A stretch of DNA of 32,000 nt, from the NCBI RefSeq assembly GCF_001465295.1, contig NZ_CP011034.1:450001-482000 (forward strand), in the 5' to 3' direction. The stretch comes from Pseudoalteromonas translucida KMM 520 (GTDB lineage Bacteria > Pseudomonadota > Gammaproteobacteria > Enterobacterales > Alteromonadaceae). This document shows, one piece after another, positions 15,276 to 25,151 of the stretch (the first letter of the stretch is position 1; each line of letters begins with the position of its first letter). The notes below the pieces were generated by a model that worked only from the letters and a program-made list of their open reading frames with translations, did not search any database and was not told the origin of the DNA. A program made the position numbers and the translations under genes.

Positions 15276-15343
15276 AATTTTCCTTTTTATAAAAATACCA
15301 AGCTAATCAATATCAAATTATTTATATCATACACGACTAAAAA

Positions 15344-15366
15344 TATAAAAATTGTAAATTTTTATA
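15344..15366. promoter_or_regulatory. perfect 23-bp palindrome in the tetR/porin divergent region (candidate TetR operator)
   Basis: TATAAAAATT-gta-AATTTTTATA, with 10-bp perfect arms. Confidence 0.4.
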
Positions 15367-15510
15367 CTTCAATTGTTTAATTCTTGTTAAATACATGTCT
15401 GTATGTTAATTTCGTTTTAACAGCAATGCATTACTGTTTCAATTGAAGTTGGTGGTTAAAATAAATATCAAATAAATATCAAATAAATCATAAATATAAG
15501 GTTTAATTAA

Positions 15511-16806
15511 ATGGTTGATAAAACGAATTTAAAAATAACACTATTGCTATCTGCTTTTTTAAGTACATATGTGAATGCTTATGATGGTGATCGGGTCGAT
15601 GAAATAGAAAAAAAAATAGAGTTACTTCAGCAATCTTTACTGGAAGTTAAAAAACAACAAAATACTCATGATAAAGTTGAAAAAGAACTTTTATCAGCAA
15701 CGCCAGGATATTTTTCTGTTTTAGGCTCTGAAACAGAATTTAAAATAAGTGGTTTCGTTCATTTAGATGCGGGAGTAATGGAAAGTGGTTCTGGTATTAA
15801 TAATACAAACTTTTCAACTTATGCACCCATACTTAATGGAACAGTGATAGGCAGCGATAAAAAAGACACATTTGACATGTCAATACGTCGCAGTCAGTTG
15901 CGACTTAATACAAAAACTCCTATAGAAGATAAATCAATACAAACACATATCGAAGTTGATATGCTCGGCAGCGGTGGTGATGAAAACTTTACAAATAGTT
16001 ACGATGTTCGAATTCGACAAGCATATGTTACATACAATGGTTGGTTAATAGGTCAGACATATACTAACTTTTTAAACTTTGCATCATTAGGAGAGATTGC
16101 CAACCTTGGTCAGCATGCTAATGCTCTTTTCATTAGGCAGACTCAAGTTAAGTATACAAGTAAATTTGAGGGAGGTAGCTGGAGTGTCTCTGCTGAAAAC
16201 CCGTATGAAAGCAAATCAGTTACAATATCAGGTGACATAAAAGATACGAATAAAGATGACCAACTAATTCCTGATTTAATTGGTCGTGTAGACCTTAAAG
16301 GTGATTGGGGAACCGCAGGTCTCGCTATGATGGCAAGAAAGCTTGTGATGGATAATAGTGAACCAGGGAGTGTTGATGATTCGACAATAAGCGGAGCTGT
16401 GAGCATGACTGCTCGCTTTCCTATTCTTAAAGGTAGTGTTGGGTTACAAGCAAACTATGGGGCACTAGGGCGCTACTTAGAGTTAGGGCCTTATCCTGAC
16501 TCATATGTTGAAAATGGTGAGTTAAGAGCTTTCCTTGCTAAAGGTGCTTCAGCTGTTTACGGTCATACTTGGAGGCCTGGTCTTAGGTCGACTCTCGCAT
16601 TAGCTTATACAGCTTCCGCTAAAGATTTATCTTACTTTTCTCCATCTTCTATAGATAAAACCTCATCACTGCAAGCTAATGTGTTTTGGGATCCAATCAA
16701 AAAAACAACATTCGGTTTAGAGTATGGCCTCTATGGTATAGAGCTAGCTAACGGATTAAAGCAAGATATTTATCGCTGGCAAATGACGGCTCAGTATAAC
16801 TTTTAA
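15511..16806 (+). CDS. outer-membrane porin, DcaP-like (N-terminal coiled coil plus beta-barrel)
   Basis: Signal peptide KITLLLSAFLSTYVNA|YDG; a coiled-coil segment VDEIEKKIELLQQSLLEVKKQQ; alternating beta-strand-like sequence; and a C-terminal aromatic residue (..MTAQYNF). Assignment to the DcaP family is from memory of that architecture. Confidence 0.65.
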   Translation: MVDKTNLKITLLLSAFLSTYVNAYDGDRVDEIEKKIELLQQSLLEVKKQQNTHDKVEKELLSATPGYFSVLGSETEFKISGFVHLDAGVMESGSGINNTNFSTYAPILNGTVIGSDKKDTFDMSIRRSQLRLNTKTPIEDKSIQTHIEVDMLGSGGDENFTNSYDVRIRQAYVTYNGWLIGQTYTNFLNFASLGEIANLGQHANALFIRQTQVKYTSKFEGGSWSVSAENPYESKSVTISGDIKDTNKDDQLIPDLIGRVDLKGDWGTAGLAMMARKLVMDNSEPGSVDDSTISGAVSMTARFPILKGSVGLQANYGALGRYLELGPYPDSYVENGELRAFLAKGASAVYGHTWRPGLRSTLALAYTASAKDLSYFSPSSIDKTSSLQANVFWDPIKKTTFGLEYGLYGIELANGLKQDIYRWQMTAQYNF

Positions 16807-16833
16807 GTTCTTCACTGTTTGAAGTGTTTAGGC

Positions 16834-16870
16834 TGAGCTGCGCTAAGAATATTGCAGCTCAACCTTTTTA
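16834..16870 (+). terminator. Rho-independent terminator after the porin gene
   Basis: TGAGCTGC-n12-GCAGCTCA followed by accttttta. Confidence 0.6.
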
Positions 16871-17313
16871 CATGTGAACGACCCAGCAACATCATTTCGC
16901 TCTGAACATGGACTGTATCAGTTGTTTTTAGTAAATTACTGCAGAGTTAATTTGTTAACAATTAAGCGTTTTTATTTTGCTTTTAATCTATTTTTAAAAA
17001 GCAAAGATACATGTGTGTATTTTTTTTATATGTAAAGCTAGCTGGATTTTATCATTTAAATGAAGAGTATATATTTATAAAGCTTTTATATTTGTAAAGT
17101 AATGAAAAGACAGGGGGAGGTAGTTAACTGGTGTCAGCATATAAAGTCATATTAAAGCTTTATATTTAGAAAGGAGGACTCTTGCGAACAGGGGCCAGCA
17201 TAATCATTGCTCGCGCTGGTAGCGACAAGAGTCGAGGCTGTTTATTCTATCGAGGCGTGAAAAGCGACTTTTTTATTAAATTGAACACTGTTTTAAGCTG
17301 CATCGTTGATGAA

Positions 17314-17880
17314 CTATAATAAAGTATTAAACACTTTTTCTAGGTGGCAGCCATCCATATTAATCCCCACAACTTTATATCCCTGCATTGTATAGTAAAA
17401 TCGATAGGCTTTAATTTCAGCTTCTTCTTGATCGCTACCTAATGATTTAAAATTATCTGATATGAACTTAAGTCTATGATTATCAACTTCATTAATGGTT
17501 TCCTTTACATTTTCATCATGTTGCGACCAGTTGCGAATAGCTAACTCTAAAGCACCACCATTAATGCTTTTAATATTTTTATGTGGAAGGAAAAATAACT
17601 CCCTGAGTTGTTCCTTAGCTGTAAAGTTTGCATCACTTAATCGTTCTATGATTGCGTTAGTGGATCTAACTCTCCAGCTTGTTAGTAGTTGTTCAAATAA
17701 TTCCTCTCTCCCACTGAAATGCCAATAAAAACTTCCCTTTGTGACTTTTAATTTTTTTGCTAAAGGCTCCACTTTTACAGCTGAAATACCAAACTTAGAC
17801 AGTTCACACTCTGCCATATTTAACCAATCTTTGGCTGTCAGTTTGTTTGATTTTGAAGGCTTTTCATTTGTTATAGCCAT
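17314..17880 (-). CDS. TetR-family transcriptional regulator (divergent from the catabolic operon)
   Basis: HTH VKVEPLAKKLKVTKGSFYWHFSGREELF. The preferred start is ATG 17880 (MAITNEK...), with an AAGGAG SD upstream. The track start at 17922 adds 14 aa. Confidence 0.85.
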   Translation of the reverse strand: MAITNEKPSKSNKLTAKDWLNMAECELSKFGISAVKVEPLAKKLKVTKGSFYWHFSGREELFEQLLTSWRVRSTNAIIERLSDANFTAKEQLRELFFLPHKNIKSINGGALELAIRNWSQHDENVKETINEVDNHRLKFISDNFKSLGSDQEEAEIKAYRFYYTMQGYKVVGINMDGCHLEKVFNTLL

Positions 17881-17977
17881 TACATAAGCTCCTTTTTTTG
17901 AGAATAATAGATTGTATTTCATTTGGAATGAAAAAATCAGACTTTATGAATAGAATTAAAAAACATACGCTACCGTA

Positions 17978-18006
17978 TTGACAGTTGTGTATGTTTGGAT
18001 TAGTGT
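17978..18006 (+). promoter_or_regulatory. candidate sigma70 promoter of the catabolic operon
   Basis: TTGACA (17978..17983), a 17-nt spacer, then TAGTGT (18001..18006). GTTAC-containing imperfect inverted repeats overlap it or follow directly: GTTACTT-aaa-AAGTAAAC at 18005..18022 and the palindrome TTACGTAA at 18025..18032. These could be the TetR operator. Confidence 0.4.
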
Positions 18007-18063
18007 TACTTAAAAGTAAACAAGTTACGTAATTGTGATTATTTATGTTAGAGGTGAATGGGA

Positions 18064-18894
18064 ATGAGAATAATTGATTCAGGTAAAGGTAAAACAATTG
18101 AAGCTTTTGGGTTGCAGACAAATTATCTGGAGCTAGGTGAAGGCGAGCCATTAATTTTATTGCATGGCTCAGGTCCCGGTGTTTCTGCAAGTACAAATTG
18201 GCGCAAAGTAATGCCAGAGTTAGCAAAACATTTTCGAGTTATAGCGCCAGATTTAGCCGGTTTTGGACACACAGAAAGAGCTGAAGGTTTTTCTTATGAC
18301 ATAAAGCATTGGGGCAAACATTTATTAGGCTTTTTGGATGCATTAGGTATTGAAAAAGCTCACGTTATCGGAAATTCATTTGGTGGCTCTCTCGCACTAG
18401 CAACTGCAGCACGCTTTCCGGAGCGATTTTCAAAGCTTTGCTTAATGGGTACTCCTTGCGATAAATTTTTTATGACACCTGGGCTTCGCTCTGGTTGGGA
18501 TTACACACCATCTCTTGAAAATATGCGTAAAGCAATGTCACATTTTCCATTTTCAGAAAAAACGATAACGGATGAACTTGTTGAAGAGCGCTATCAAACT
18601 AGCCTTATTCCAGGTGCTCAAGAAGGCCTACGTAAGTTGTTAGTAAAACCAAGTGAAGACGGTGAGACAGCGCTTTCAGGTATGCCAGAGCATGTAGTGG
18701 CTAAAATAGCTCACCCTACACTTGTCTTACATGGTCGTGAAGATAAAGTTGTTCCGACTGAAATGGGGTTAAAACTCGGTCGCTCAATGCCTAACGCTGA
18801 TATGCACATTTTTGCTAACTGTGGACATTGGGTTATGGCTGAGAGACCAAAAGAGTTCTTGCGGCTTGTAATTAACCACTTTTTAGCAGAGTAG
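18064..18894 (+). CDS. meta-cleavage-product (2-hydroxy-6-oxo-dienoate) hydrolase, alpha/beta fold (BphD/TodF/XylF-like)
   Basis: LHGSGPGVSASTNWRKVMPELAKHFRVIAPDLAGFGHTE, the nucleophile elbow GNSFGG, and C-terminal CGHW. ATG 18064 has better SD spacing (GAGGTG 7 nt upstream) than ATG 18058. Confidence 0.85.
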   Translation: MRIIDSGKGKTIEAFGLQTNYLELGEGEPLILLHGSGPGVSASTNWRKVMPELAKHFRVIAPDLAGFGHTERAEGFSYDIKHWGKHLLGFLDALGIEKAHVIGNSFGGSLALATAARFPERFSKLCLMGTPCDKFFMTPGLRSGWDYTPSLENMRKAMSHFPFSEKTITDELVEERYQTSLIPGAQEGLRKLLVKPSEDGETALSGMPEHVVAKIAHPTLVLHGREDKVVPTEMGLKLGRSMPNADMHIFANCGHWVMAERPKEFLRLVINHFLAE

Positions 18895-18899
18895 GACGC

Positions 18900-19214
18900 A
18901 TGACCATGTTTTATGTTTGTAAATTAGACGACTTGGAAATTGGCGATTCAATTAAGCTTGAGCAGTATAAGCCACCTATTGCTGTAATACGTGGTGAAAG
19001 TGGTCAAGTATATGCAATTGATGACACTTGTACGCATGCTGAAGCATCTTTTTGTGATGGTTTTGTTGAAGGTGATACGGTTGAGTGTCCTCTTCATATG
19101 TCAGTATTTTGCCTCAAGACTGGTGCGCCAGATAATCCGCCTGCAATTAAAGCGGTTGCGACTCACATCGTGAACATAAAAGATGGGGATGTATTTATCG
19201 AGGTGCAAAGATGA
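18900..19214 (+). CDS. Rieske-type [2Fe-2S] ferredoxin component of the ring-hydroxylating dioxygenase
   Basis: CTH-x16-CPLH Rieske ligand motif in a ~104-aa protein. Confidence 0.85.
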   Translation: MTMFYVCKLDDLEIGDSIKLEQYKPPIAVIRGESGQVYAIDDTCTHAEASFCDGFVEGDTVECPLHMSVFCLKTGAPDNPPAIKAVATHIVNIKDGDVFIEVQR

Positions 19215-20461
19215 GTACTGTGAATGTGAACTCGGTAATTATCGTTGGCGCTAGCGCTGCAGGTGTGAGTTGCTTAAGAGGACTTCGTAATAACGGATTT
19301 ACTGGCAAAATTATACTTATCGACAAAGACACGTATGGTGCTTATGAACGGCCTCCATTGTCTAAGCAAATCCTTTTAGATCAAAAGCTAAAAAGTGAAG
19401 ACATATCTTTAATAACACCAACCGAATTATCTGATCTGAATATTGAAAGTTATTTTGGTGAGTCGGTAACCTATGTACTTCCAGATTTGCGTAAGGTTAC
19501 TCTTGAATCTGGAGTTGAGCTTGCTGCTGATGCGATTGTGCTAGCAACAGGTGGAGAGGCTCGACGATTACCTATAAAAGGTTCTGCATTAACTAATATA
19601 TTTGTTCTTCGTCACTTTCAAGACGCTGTAAAACTACGTGAGAAATTACTACCCAACTCACGAGTTGCAGTAATTGGTGGTGGGTTTATTGGTGCAGAAA
19701 CATCAGCCTCGCTTTGTAAGCTAGGTGTTTCAGTTCATTGGTTGGATGCAGCGGAGCTACCTCTGGCGCATATATTACCTTACGAGTTATGCGAAAAAAT
19801 AGTCAATAAACATTGTGATGATGGGTTAAACCTTATTACTAACTGCCGAATAAAAGAGTTTGTAGAGCAGGACGATGGCAGCCTATCTATTTTATTTAAT
19901 GATGACAGAGAATCGTTAAATGTTGATGCGATTGTTTTAGGCGTTGGCATGGCTCCTTATACACCTTACTTCTCTGAACAAGTTAACGCAAAGATCTTAA
20001 ATAAAGCCAAAGGCGGGATTGAGGTTAATGAAAGCCAAGAGTCTAAATACCCAGATATTTATGCTGCTGGAGATGTTGCAGCAATAATTCAAGGTAATGG
20101 CTCGGTAATTCGTCATGAGCACTGGCAATCTGCACAGTTTCAAGGAGAACGTACAGCAGCTTCAATTCTTAATATATCACTTCCTTCAGAGCCCGTTGAT
20201 TGGTTTTGGTCAGATCAGGGGGATTTACATATTGAAATGGCTGGTGTGTTTTTACCCAATGAGCAGCAGTTAGTTGTTAGAAATGAAGGGGATTGGCCGG
20301 TGTATTTTAGTGTGCTGAACAATCGTGTTGTTGGTGCTGTAAGTGTTAATAACCCCAATGCGGTGCGCGCAGCTATGCGAATGATTAAAAACGCAGTAAC
20401 AGTAGACGTAGCACAACTTGAGAACACAGACTTGCCGTTACGTAAATTAATGCGTGGCTAA
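19211..20461 (+). CDS. FAD-dependent ferredoxin-NAD(+) reductase
   Basis: Two dinucleotide folds (VIIVGASAAGVS and VAVIGGGFIGAE) plus YAAGDVA. The start overlaps the ferredoxin stop (ATGA). Confidence 0.85.
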   Translation: MSTVNVNSVIIVGASAAGVSCLRGLRNNGFTGKIILIDKDTYGAYERPPLSKQILLDQKLKSEDISLITPTELSDLNIESYFGESVTYVLPDLRKVTLESGVELAADAIVLATGGEARRLPIKGSALTNIFVLRHFQDAVKLREKLLPNSRVAVIGGGFIGAETSASLCKLGVSVHWLDAAELPLAHILPYELCEKIVNKHCDDGLNLITNCRIKEFVEQDDGSLSILFNDDRESLNVDAIVLGVGMAPYTPYFSEQVNAKILNKAKGGIEVNESQESKYPDIYAAGDVAAIIQGNGSVIRHEHWQSAQFQGERTAASILNISLPSEPVDWFWSDQGDLHIEMAGVFLPNEQQLVVRNEGDWPVYFSVLNNRVVGAVSVNNPNAVRAAMRMIKNAVTVDVAQLENTDLPLRKLMRG

Positions 20462-20488
20462 ACAAAAACTATAACGTTGGACAAATAT

Positions 20489-21376
20489 ATGTCAGAAATT
20501 AAGGCTTTAGGCTACCTCGGCTTTTCTATCTCCGATCCAGATGCATGGAAAAGATATGCAGAAAATATACTCGGAGTTAGTGTTACTGAAACTGATAATG
20601 GTGATATGTACCTCAGAATTGATTCTTATGCATGGCGAATCCATTTAAAAAAATCAGATCATGATCAACTGGATTACATAGGTTGGGAAGTGAGTGATAA
20701 ACAAAATCTGGAAAGTTTAAAAAGTCGTTTAACAGAACAAAAAATAGTATTTGAAGTTGGATCAGAGAAATTAATAAAAGATAGGAAAGTAAAAGATCTA
20801 ATAACTTTTCATGATCCAGATGGTACATGTTGCGAAGTGTTTTATGGCCCTTTACAAGTAACGAACAAACCATTTGTAAGTCCTAAAGGGTTTCGCTTTA
20901 TTACAGGAGAACAAGGACTTGGGCATATTGTCCTTATAACTAAAGATCATGATGCGCAAGAAGCATTTTATACTGATTTTTTAGGCTTTAAGTTATCAGA
21001 TTATATTAATACTGAGGTTGTGCCAGGCAAGCCCTTTAATATTTCATTTTTGCGTTGTAACGGACGTCATCACTCGTTGGCACTTGCTCCGGTTCCGATA
21101 CCTGCAAAAGTTGCACATATTATGTTTCAAGTAGACAGCATTGATGATGTTGGTCGTGCAATGGATGCGGCAGAGAAAGATGGAGTACATTTCTCATTCA
21201 CTCTAGGGCGCCATTCAAATGATGAAATGTTGTCATTTTATACAATGACTCCATCAGGTTTTGACGTTGAGTTTGGATGGGGAGCAATAGAGGTCGATGA
21301 CGATACTTGGCATGTAAAGGTGCACCATACTAATTCAGCCTGGGGCCATAAATTCCAGCGTCCTCCGCGTAAATAA
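20489..21376 (+). CDS. type I extradiol (catechol-type 2,3-) ring-cleavage dioxygenase, BphC-like two-domain enzyme
   Basis: Collinear with BphC as I remember it: MSEIKALGYLGFSISD, GLGHIVLIT, CNGRHHSLALA, HIMFQV, LGRHSNDEMLSFY, FGWG. The preferred start is ATG 20489. Confidence 0.85.
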   Translation: MSEIKALGYLGFSISDPDAWKRYAENILGVSVTETDNGDMYLRIDSYAWRIHLKKSDHDQLDYIGWEVSDKQNLESLKSRLTEQKIVFEVGSEKLIKDRKVKDLITFHDPDGTCCEVFYGPLQVTNKPFVSPKGFRFITGEQGLGHIVLITKDHDAQEAFYTDFLGFKLSDYINTEVVPGKPFNISFLRCNGRHHSLALAPVPIPAKVAHIMFQVDSIDDVGRAMDAAEKDGVHFSFTLGRHSNDEMLSFYTMTPSGFDVEFGWGAIEVDDDTWHVKVHHTNSAWGHKFQRPPRK

Positions 21377-21392
21377 TAATTATATAAGAGTC

Positions 21393-22181
21393 ATGATCAT
21401 GAGCAATAAAACCATTTTAAGTTTATCAAAGTTACTTTCTGATGCGTATGAAGGAGGTGTAGTTGCACCTTTAAGAGAGTTGGTCGAATCTGCAGATATT
21501 TCGCTGGCATATCAAATCCAGCAAGAAAACCATCTCCGTTGGAGTGAAGAAGGCCGTATAACAATAGGTCGAAAAATAGGACTGACATCGAAAGCTGTTC
21601 AGACTCAACTAGGTGTAGATCAGCCAGACTACGGCATGGTTTACGCTGACACTTGTTATGGCTCGGGCGCTCAATTATCAGTATCTAAATTTTTACAGCC
21701 TAAAATAGAAGCTGAAATAGCGTTTGTCCTAAAGTCTGATTTAGATTCAGAAAGTTTAACTATAGTAGACATCATTAATGCTATCGATTATGCAGTGCCA
21801 GCCTTAGAGATTGTTGATAGCCGTGTAGAAAATTGGGATATCACTCTGTTTGACACTATCGCAGATAATGCGTCGTATGGCGGGATTGTAATGGGTACAA
21901 CTCCTGTCCAATTAAGTCAATTAGACCTTGAAAACTGCACCATGAAACTGTTTCAAAATAGTGAGTTAGTATCTGAAGGTGAAGGACGTGCTTGCTTAGG
22001 AAACCCATTACTAGCGACTCTTTGGCTAGCTAATATCATGATTAAAAATGGCCTACCACTTCGAGCAGGTGATGTTGTGTTATCAGGTGCTTTAGGCCCA
22101 ATGGTGCCTGTTCAAGCTAAGAATACATTTACCGCTACCATTGATGGCTTAAACAGTGTCTCAGTCACTTTTACAGAATAG
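21393..22181 (+). CDS. 2-keto-4-pentenoate (2-hydroxypentadienoate) hydratase
   Basis: [23 protein letters not shown], typical of MhpD/XylJ/BphH, and its position before the dehydrogenase-aldolase pair. Confidence 0.85.
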   Translation: MIMSNKTILSLSKLLSDAYEGGVVAPLRELVESADISLAYQIQQENHLRWSEEGRITIGRKIGLTSKAVQTQLGVDQPDYGMVYADTCYGSGAQLSVSKFLQPKIEAEIAFVLKSDLDSESLTIVDIINAIDYAVPALEIVDSRVENWDITLFDTIADNASYGGIVMGTTPVQLSQLDLENCTMKLFQNSELVSEGEGRACLGNPLLATLWLANIMIKNGLPLRAGDVVLSGALGPMVPVQAKNTFTATIDGLNSVSVTFTE

Positions 22182-22191
22182 GAGAAGAAAT

Positions 22192-23133
22192 ATGTCTACT
22201 AAAACAAAAGTTGCCATTATTGGCTCTGGGAATATTGGGACAGATCTGATGATTAAAATTTTAAGGACATCTGATGCTCTTAAAATGGCTGTGATGGTTG
22301 GAGTTGATCCGAATTCTGATGGTTTGGCACGCGCAAAAAATATGGGAGTAGCAATTACTCATGAAGGTATCAAAGGGCTAGTTGAAATGCCTGAATGGCA
22401 AGAAATAGGTATTGTCTTTGATGCAACTTCAGCTGGAGCTCACGCAACACACGCAAAAATTTGTAATGAAGCGGGTAAAGTTATTGTGGATTTAACACCG
22501 GCGGCAATAGGTCCATTTATTGTTCCAGCGGTTAATGGGGACGCAAACCTTGAACAGTTGAATGTCAATATGGTGACTTGTGGGGGACAGGCGACTATTC
22601 CTATCGTTCATGCAGTTTCTCGTGTTTCTCCCGTTATTTATGCAGAAATAATTGCTTCAATTTCCTCTAAGTCTGCTGGACCAGGGACACGTGCGAATAT
22701 TGACGAATTTACAGAAACTACTTCACAGGCAATTGAAAAAGTTGGTGGGGCAAAAGTAGGTAAGGCGATAATAGTACTTAATCCTGCAGAGCCTCCGATG
22801 ATAATGCGTGACACTGTTTTTACTTTCTCTGAAGGAGGAAGTGAAAAGGAGATTACGCAGAGTATTGAAGACATGGTTAAAGCTGTTCAAAGTTACGTGC
22901 CAGGGTATCGTTTAAAACAAAGCGTACAGTTTGAGTATTACACAGAAGAAGAACCATTATACCTTCCTGGTATAGGTGCATTAAGTGGAGTGAAAACGTC
23001 AGTGTTTTTAGAGGTGGAGGGGGCTGCTCATTACTTACCATCTTATGCGGGTAATCTGGACATAATGACTTCTGCGGCACTTAAAACAGCTGAAAAAATT
23101 GCCATTGCTAGATCTTTACAAGGTGGAGAGTAA
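22192..23133 (+). CDS. dmpF: acetaldehyde dehydrogenase (acetylating)
   Basis: [48 protein letters not shown] and [15 protein letters not shown] are near-identical in pattern to DmpF/MhpF. The real start is ATG 22192, after an AGGAGA SD; the track start at 22156 overlaps the previous gene. Confidence 0.9.
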   Translation: MSTKTKVAIIGSGNIGTDLMIKILRTSDALKMAVMVGVDPNSDGLARAKNMGVAITHEGIKGLVEMPEWQEIGIVFDATSAGAHATHAKICNEAGKVIVDLTPAAIGPFIVPAVNGDANLEQLNVNMVTCGGQATIPIVHAVSRVSPVIYAEIIASISSKSAGPGTRANIDEFTETTSQAIEKVGGAKVGKAIIVLNPAEPPMIMRDTVFTFSEGGSEKEITQSIEDMVKAVQSYVPGYRLKQSVQFEYYTEEEPLYLPGIGALSGVKTSVFLEVEGAAHYLPSYAGNLDIMTSAALKTAEKIAIARSLQGGE

Positions 23134-23136
23134 CCC

Positions 23137-24159
23137 ATGAATAATAAAAAACTATATATCCAAGATGTAACTCTTCGAGATGGTATGCACGCAATCCGTC
23201 ATCAGTACAGTACAGATCATGTTCGAAGCATAGCTAAAGCACTGGAAGACTCAGGTGTTGATGCTATTGAAGTCGCTCATGGAGATGGTCTAAGTGGAAG
23301 CAGTTTTAATTATGGTTTTGGTGCACATACAGATTGGGAGTGGTTGGAAGCTGTTGCTGATGTGCTAGAAAAGTCGGTGCTGACAACTTTATTATTACCC
23401 GGAATAGGATCAGTAAAAGATTTAAAGAGGGCTTATAACTTAGGTGTACGATCTGTACGTATTGCAACACATTGCACTGAGGCTGATGTTTCAAAACAGC
23501 ATATTCAAACAGCCCGTGAAATGGGTATGGATACTATTGGCTTTTTAATGATGTCTCATATGGTTTCCCCTTCAGAGTTAGCGAAACAAGCAAAGCTAAT
23601 GGAGTCGTACGGTGCAACAACTGTTTATGTAGTTGACAGTGGTGGTGCTATGAATATGAATGATATTAGTTCTAGAGTGAAAGCATTAAAAGACACATTA
23701 GACGTAAATACAGAATTAGGAATTCACGCTCACCATAATCTAAGTTTGGGTGTGGCTAACAGTATAGCGGCAGTCGAAAACGGTGTGAATCGTGTTGATG
23801 CGTCCCTAACAGGTATGGGGGCTGGTGCAGGAAATGCACCATTAGAAGTATTTATTGCCGCAATCAATCGCTTAGGCTGGAGCCATAACTGTGATTTATA
23901 CAAGTTAATGGATGCTGCCGAAAACTTAGTAAGACCACTTCAAGATAGACCGGTACGTGTTGATCGTGAAACTTTAACATTAGGTTATGCGGGTGTTTAT
24001 TCAAGCTTTTTACGCCATGCTGAAAAAGCAGCAGAGCGTTATAAAATAGATGTTAGAGAAATCCTAGTCGAAGTAGGAAAGCGAAAACTGATAGGTGGTC
24101 AAGAGGATATGATCGTTGACGTTGCACTGGATTTAATAAATAGCTCTAAGGAGAAATAA
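23137..24159 (+). CDS. dmpG: 4-hydroxy-2-oxovalerate aldolase
   Basis: [21 protein letters not shown] and [15 protein letters not shown], typical of DmpG/MhpE. It immediately follows the dehydrogenase. Confidence 0.9.
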   Translation: MNNKKLYIQDVTLRDGMHAIRHQYSTDHVRSIAKALEDSGVDAIEVAHGDGLSGSSFNYGFGAHTDWEWLEAVADVLEKSVLTTLLLPGIGSVKDLKRAYNLGVRSVRIATHCTEADVSKQHIQTAREMGMDTIGFLMMSHMVSPSELAKQAKLMESYGATTVYVVDSGGAMNMNDISSRVKALKDTLDVNTELGIHAHHNLSLGVANSIAAVENGVNRVDASLTGMGAGAGNAPLEVFIAAINRLGWSHNCDLYKLMDAAENLVRPLQDRPVRVDRETLTLGYAGVYSSFLRHAEKAAERYKIDVREILVEVGKRKLIGGQEDMIVDVALDLINSSKEK

Positions 24160-24161
24160 TT

Positions 24162-25151
24162 ATGACAGATCGCGCAATCGTATCTTCACTTTATGACTCA
24201 ATGAAGCTACCTACAATCGTTGCTCCTATGTTCCTCATATCAGGTCCAGATTTGGTAATAGCTGCTGCAAAAGCAGGAATAATAGGGTGTTTTCCGACAC
24301 CAAATGCTCGAACAATTAATGATTTAGAAGAATGGTTAGAGAAAATAAAATCTGAGCTTAAAGGTACTAAGCAGGAAGGCATGTGGGCAATTAATATGAT
24401 TGTTCATAAAAGCTATGACCGATTCGAAGCCGAAATGGCCTTGGTTGAGCGTTATAAGCCTAAATTTGTTGTTACCGCATTAGGTAGCCCAACCCGAGTA
24501 CTTGATAGAGTCCATGCTTTTGGTGGAAAAGTGTTTGCTGATGTTATTAATATGGAACAAGCAAAAAAAGCCATCGCAGCTGGGGTTGATGGTCTTATCC
24601 TAGTGTGTTCTGGAGCCGGCGGACATACAGGAAAGTATTCACCATTTTCATTTGTTGAAGAAGTCCGACGTTTTTACGATGGGCCTCTGATTGTAGGTGG
24701 TGCAATGCAAAGTGCTCGTTCTATTGCTGCACTAATTGCACTAGGCGCTGACTTTGCTTATATGGGGACTCGCTTTATCGGTTGTCCTGAAAGTTTAGTT
24801 GTTGATGAATACCGCGACATGCTTGTCAGTTCATCAATGGATGATGTTGTTACATCTGATGTTGTTTCGGGGGTAATGGCCAACTGGCTCAAGGCTAGTC
24901 TTAGTAAAGCCGGTTTTGATTTGAAATCAAAGAAAGGCAGTACCGAAATTGATTTCTCAGATATTCAAGGCGAAGGAAAAGCGTGGAAAGACACTTGGGG
25001 AGCCGGACATGGTGTTAGTGCAACGCAGAATATAGAAACGGTTAAAGAGATAGTGGATTCGCTAGTAGATGAATTTGCACTTTTACAACCGAATTTAGCT
25101 AATGAGTTGTCACGTTGGCCCAAATTTTTGAAGGATAATAATAATGATTGA
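24162..25151 (+). CDS. NMO-family (nitronate monooxygenase / FabK-like enoyl reductase) FMN enzyme
   Basis: APMFLISGPDL, the GAGGHTG motif and a TIM-barrel-like layout. AAGGAG SD. The exact reaction is unknown. Confidence 0.65.
   Translation: MTDRAIVSSLYDSMKLPTIVAPMFLISGPDLVIAAAKAGIIGCFPTPNARTINDLEEWLEKIKSELKGTKQEGMWAINMIVHKSYDRFEAEMALVERYKPKFVVTALGSPTRVLDRVHAFGGKVFADVINMEQAKKAIAAGVDGLILVCSGAGGHTGKYSPFSFVEEVRRFYDGPLIVGGAMQSARSIAALIALGADFAYMGTRFIGCPESLVVDEYRDMLVSSSMDDVVTSDVVSGVMANWLKASLSKAGFDLKSKKGSTEIDFSDIQGEGKAWKDTWGAGHGVSATQNIETVKEIVDSLVDEFALLQPNLANELSRWPKFLKDNNND

Noticed and set aside
17182-17319. 45-codon TTG ORF behind a strong AAGGAGG.
   Set aside because: It is too short and unsupported to annotate as a CDS, so it is mentioned only as one of several explanations in the corresponding finding.
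17864-18226. 120-aa minus-strand ORF spanning the tetR/operon promoter region.
   Set aside because: It overlaps both the TetR N-terminus and the hydrolase start, has a low-complexity translation, and sits where the divergent promoters must be.
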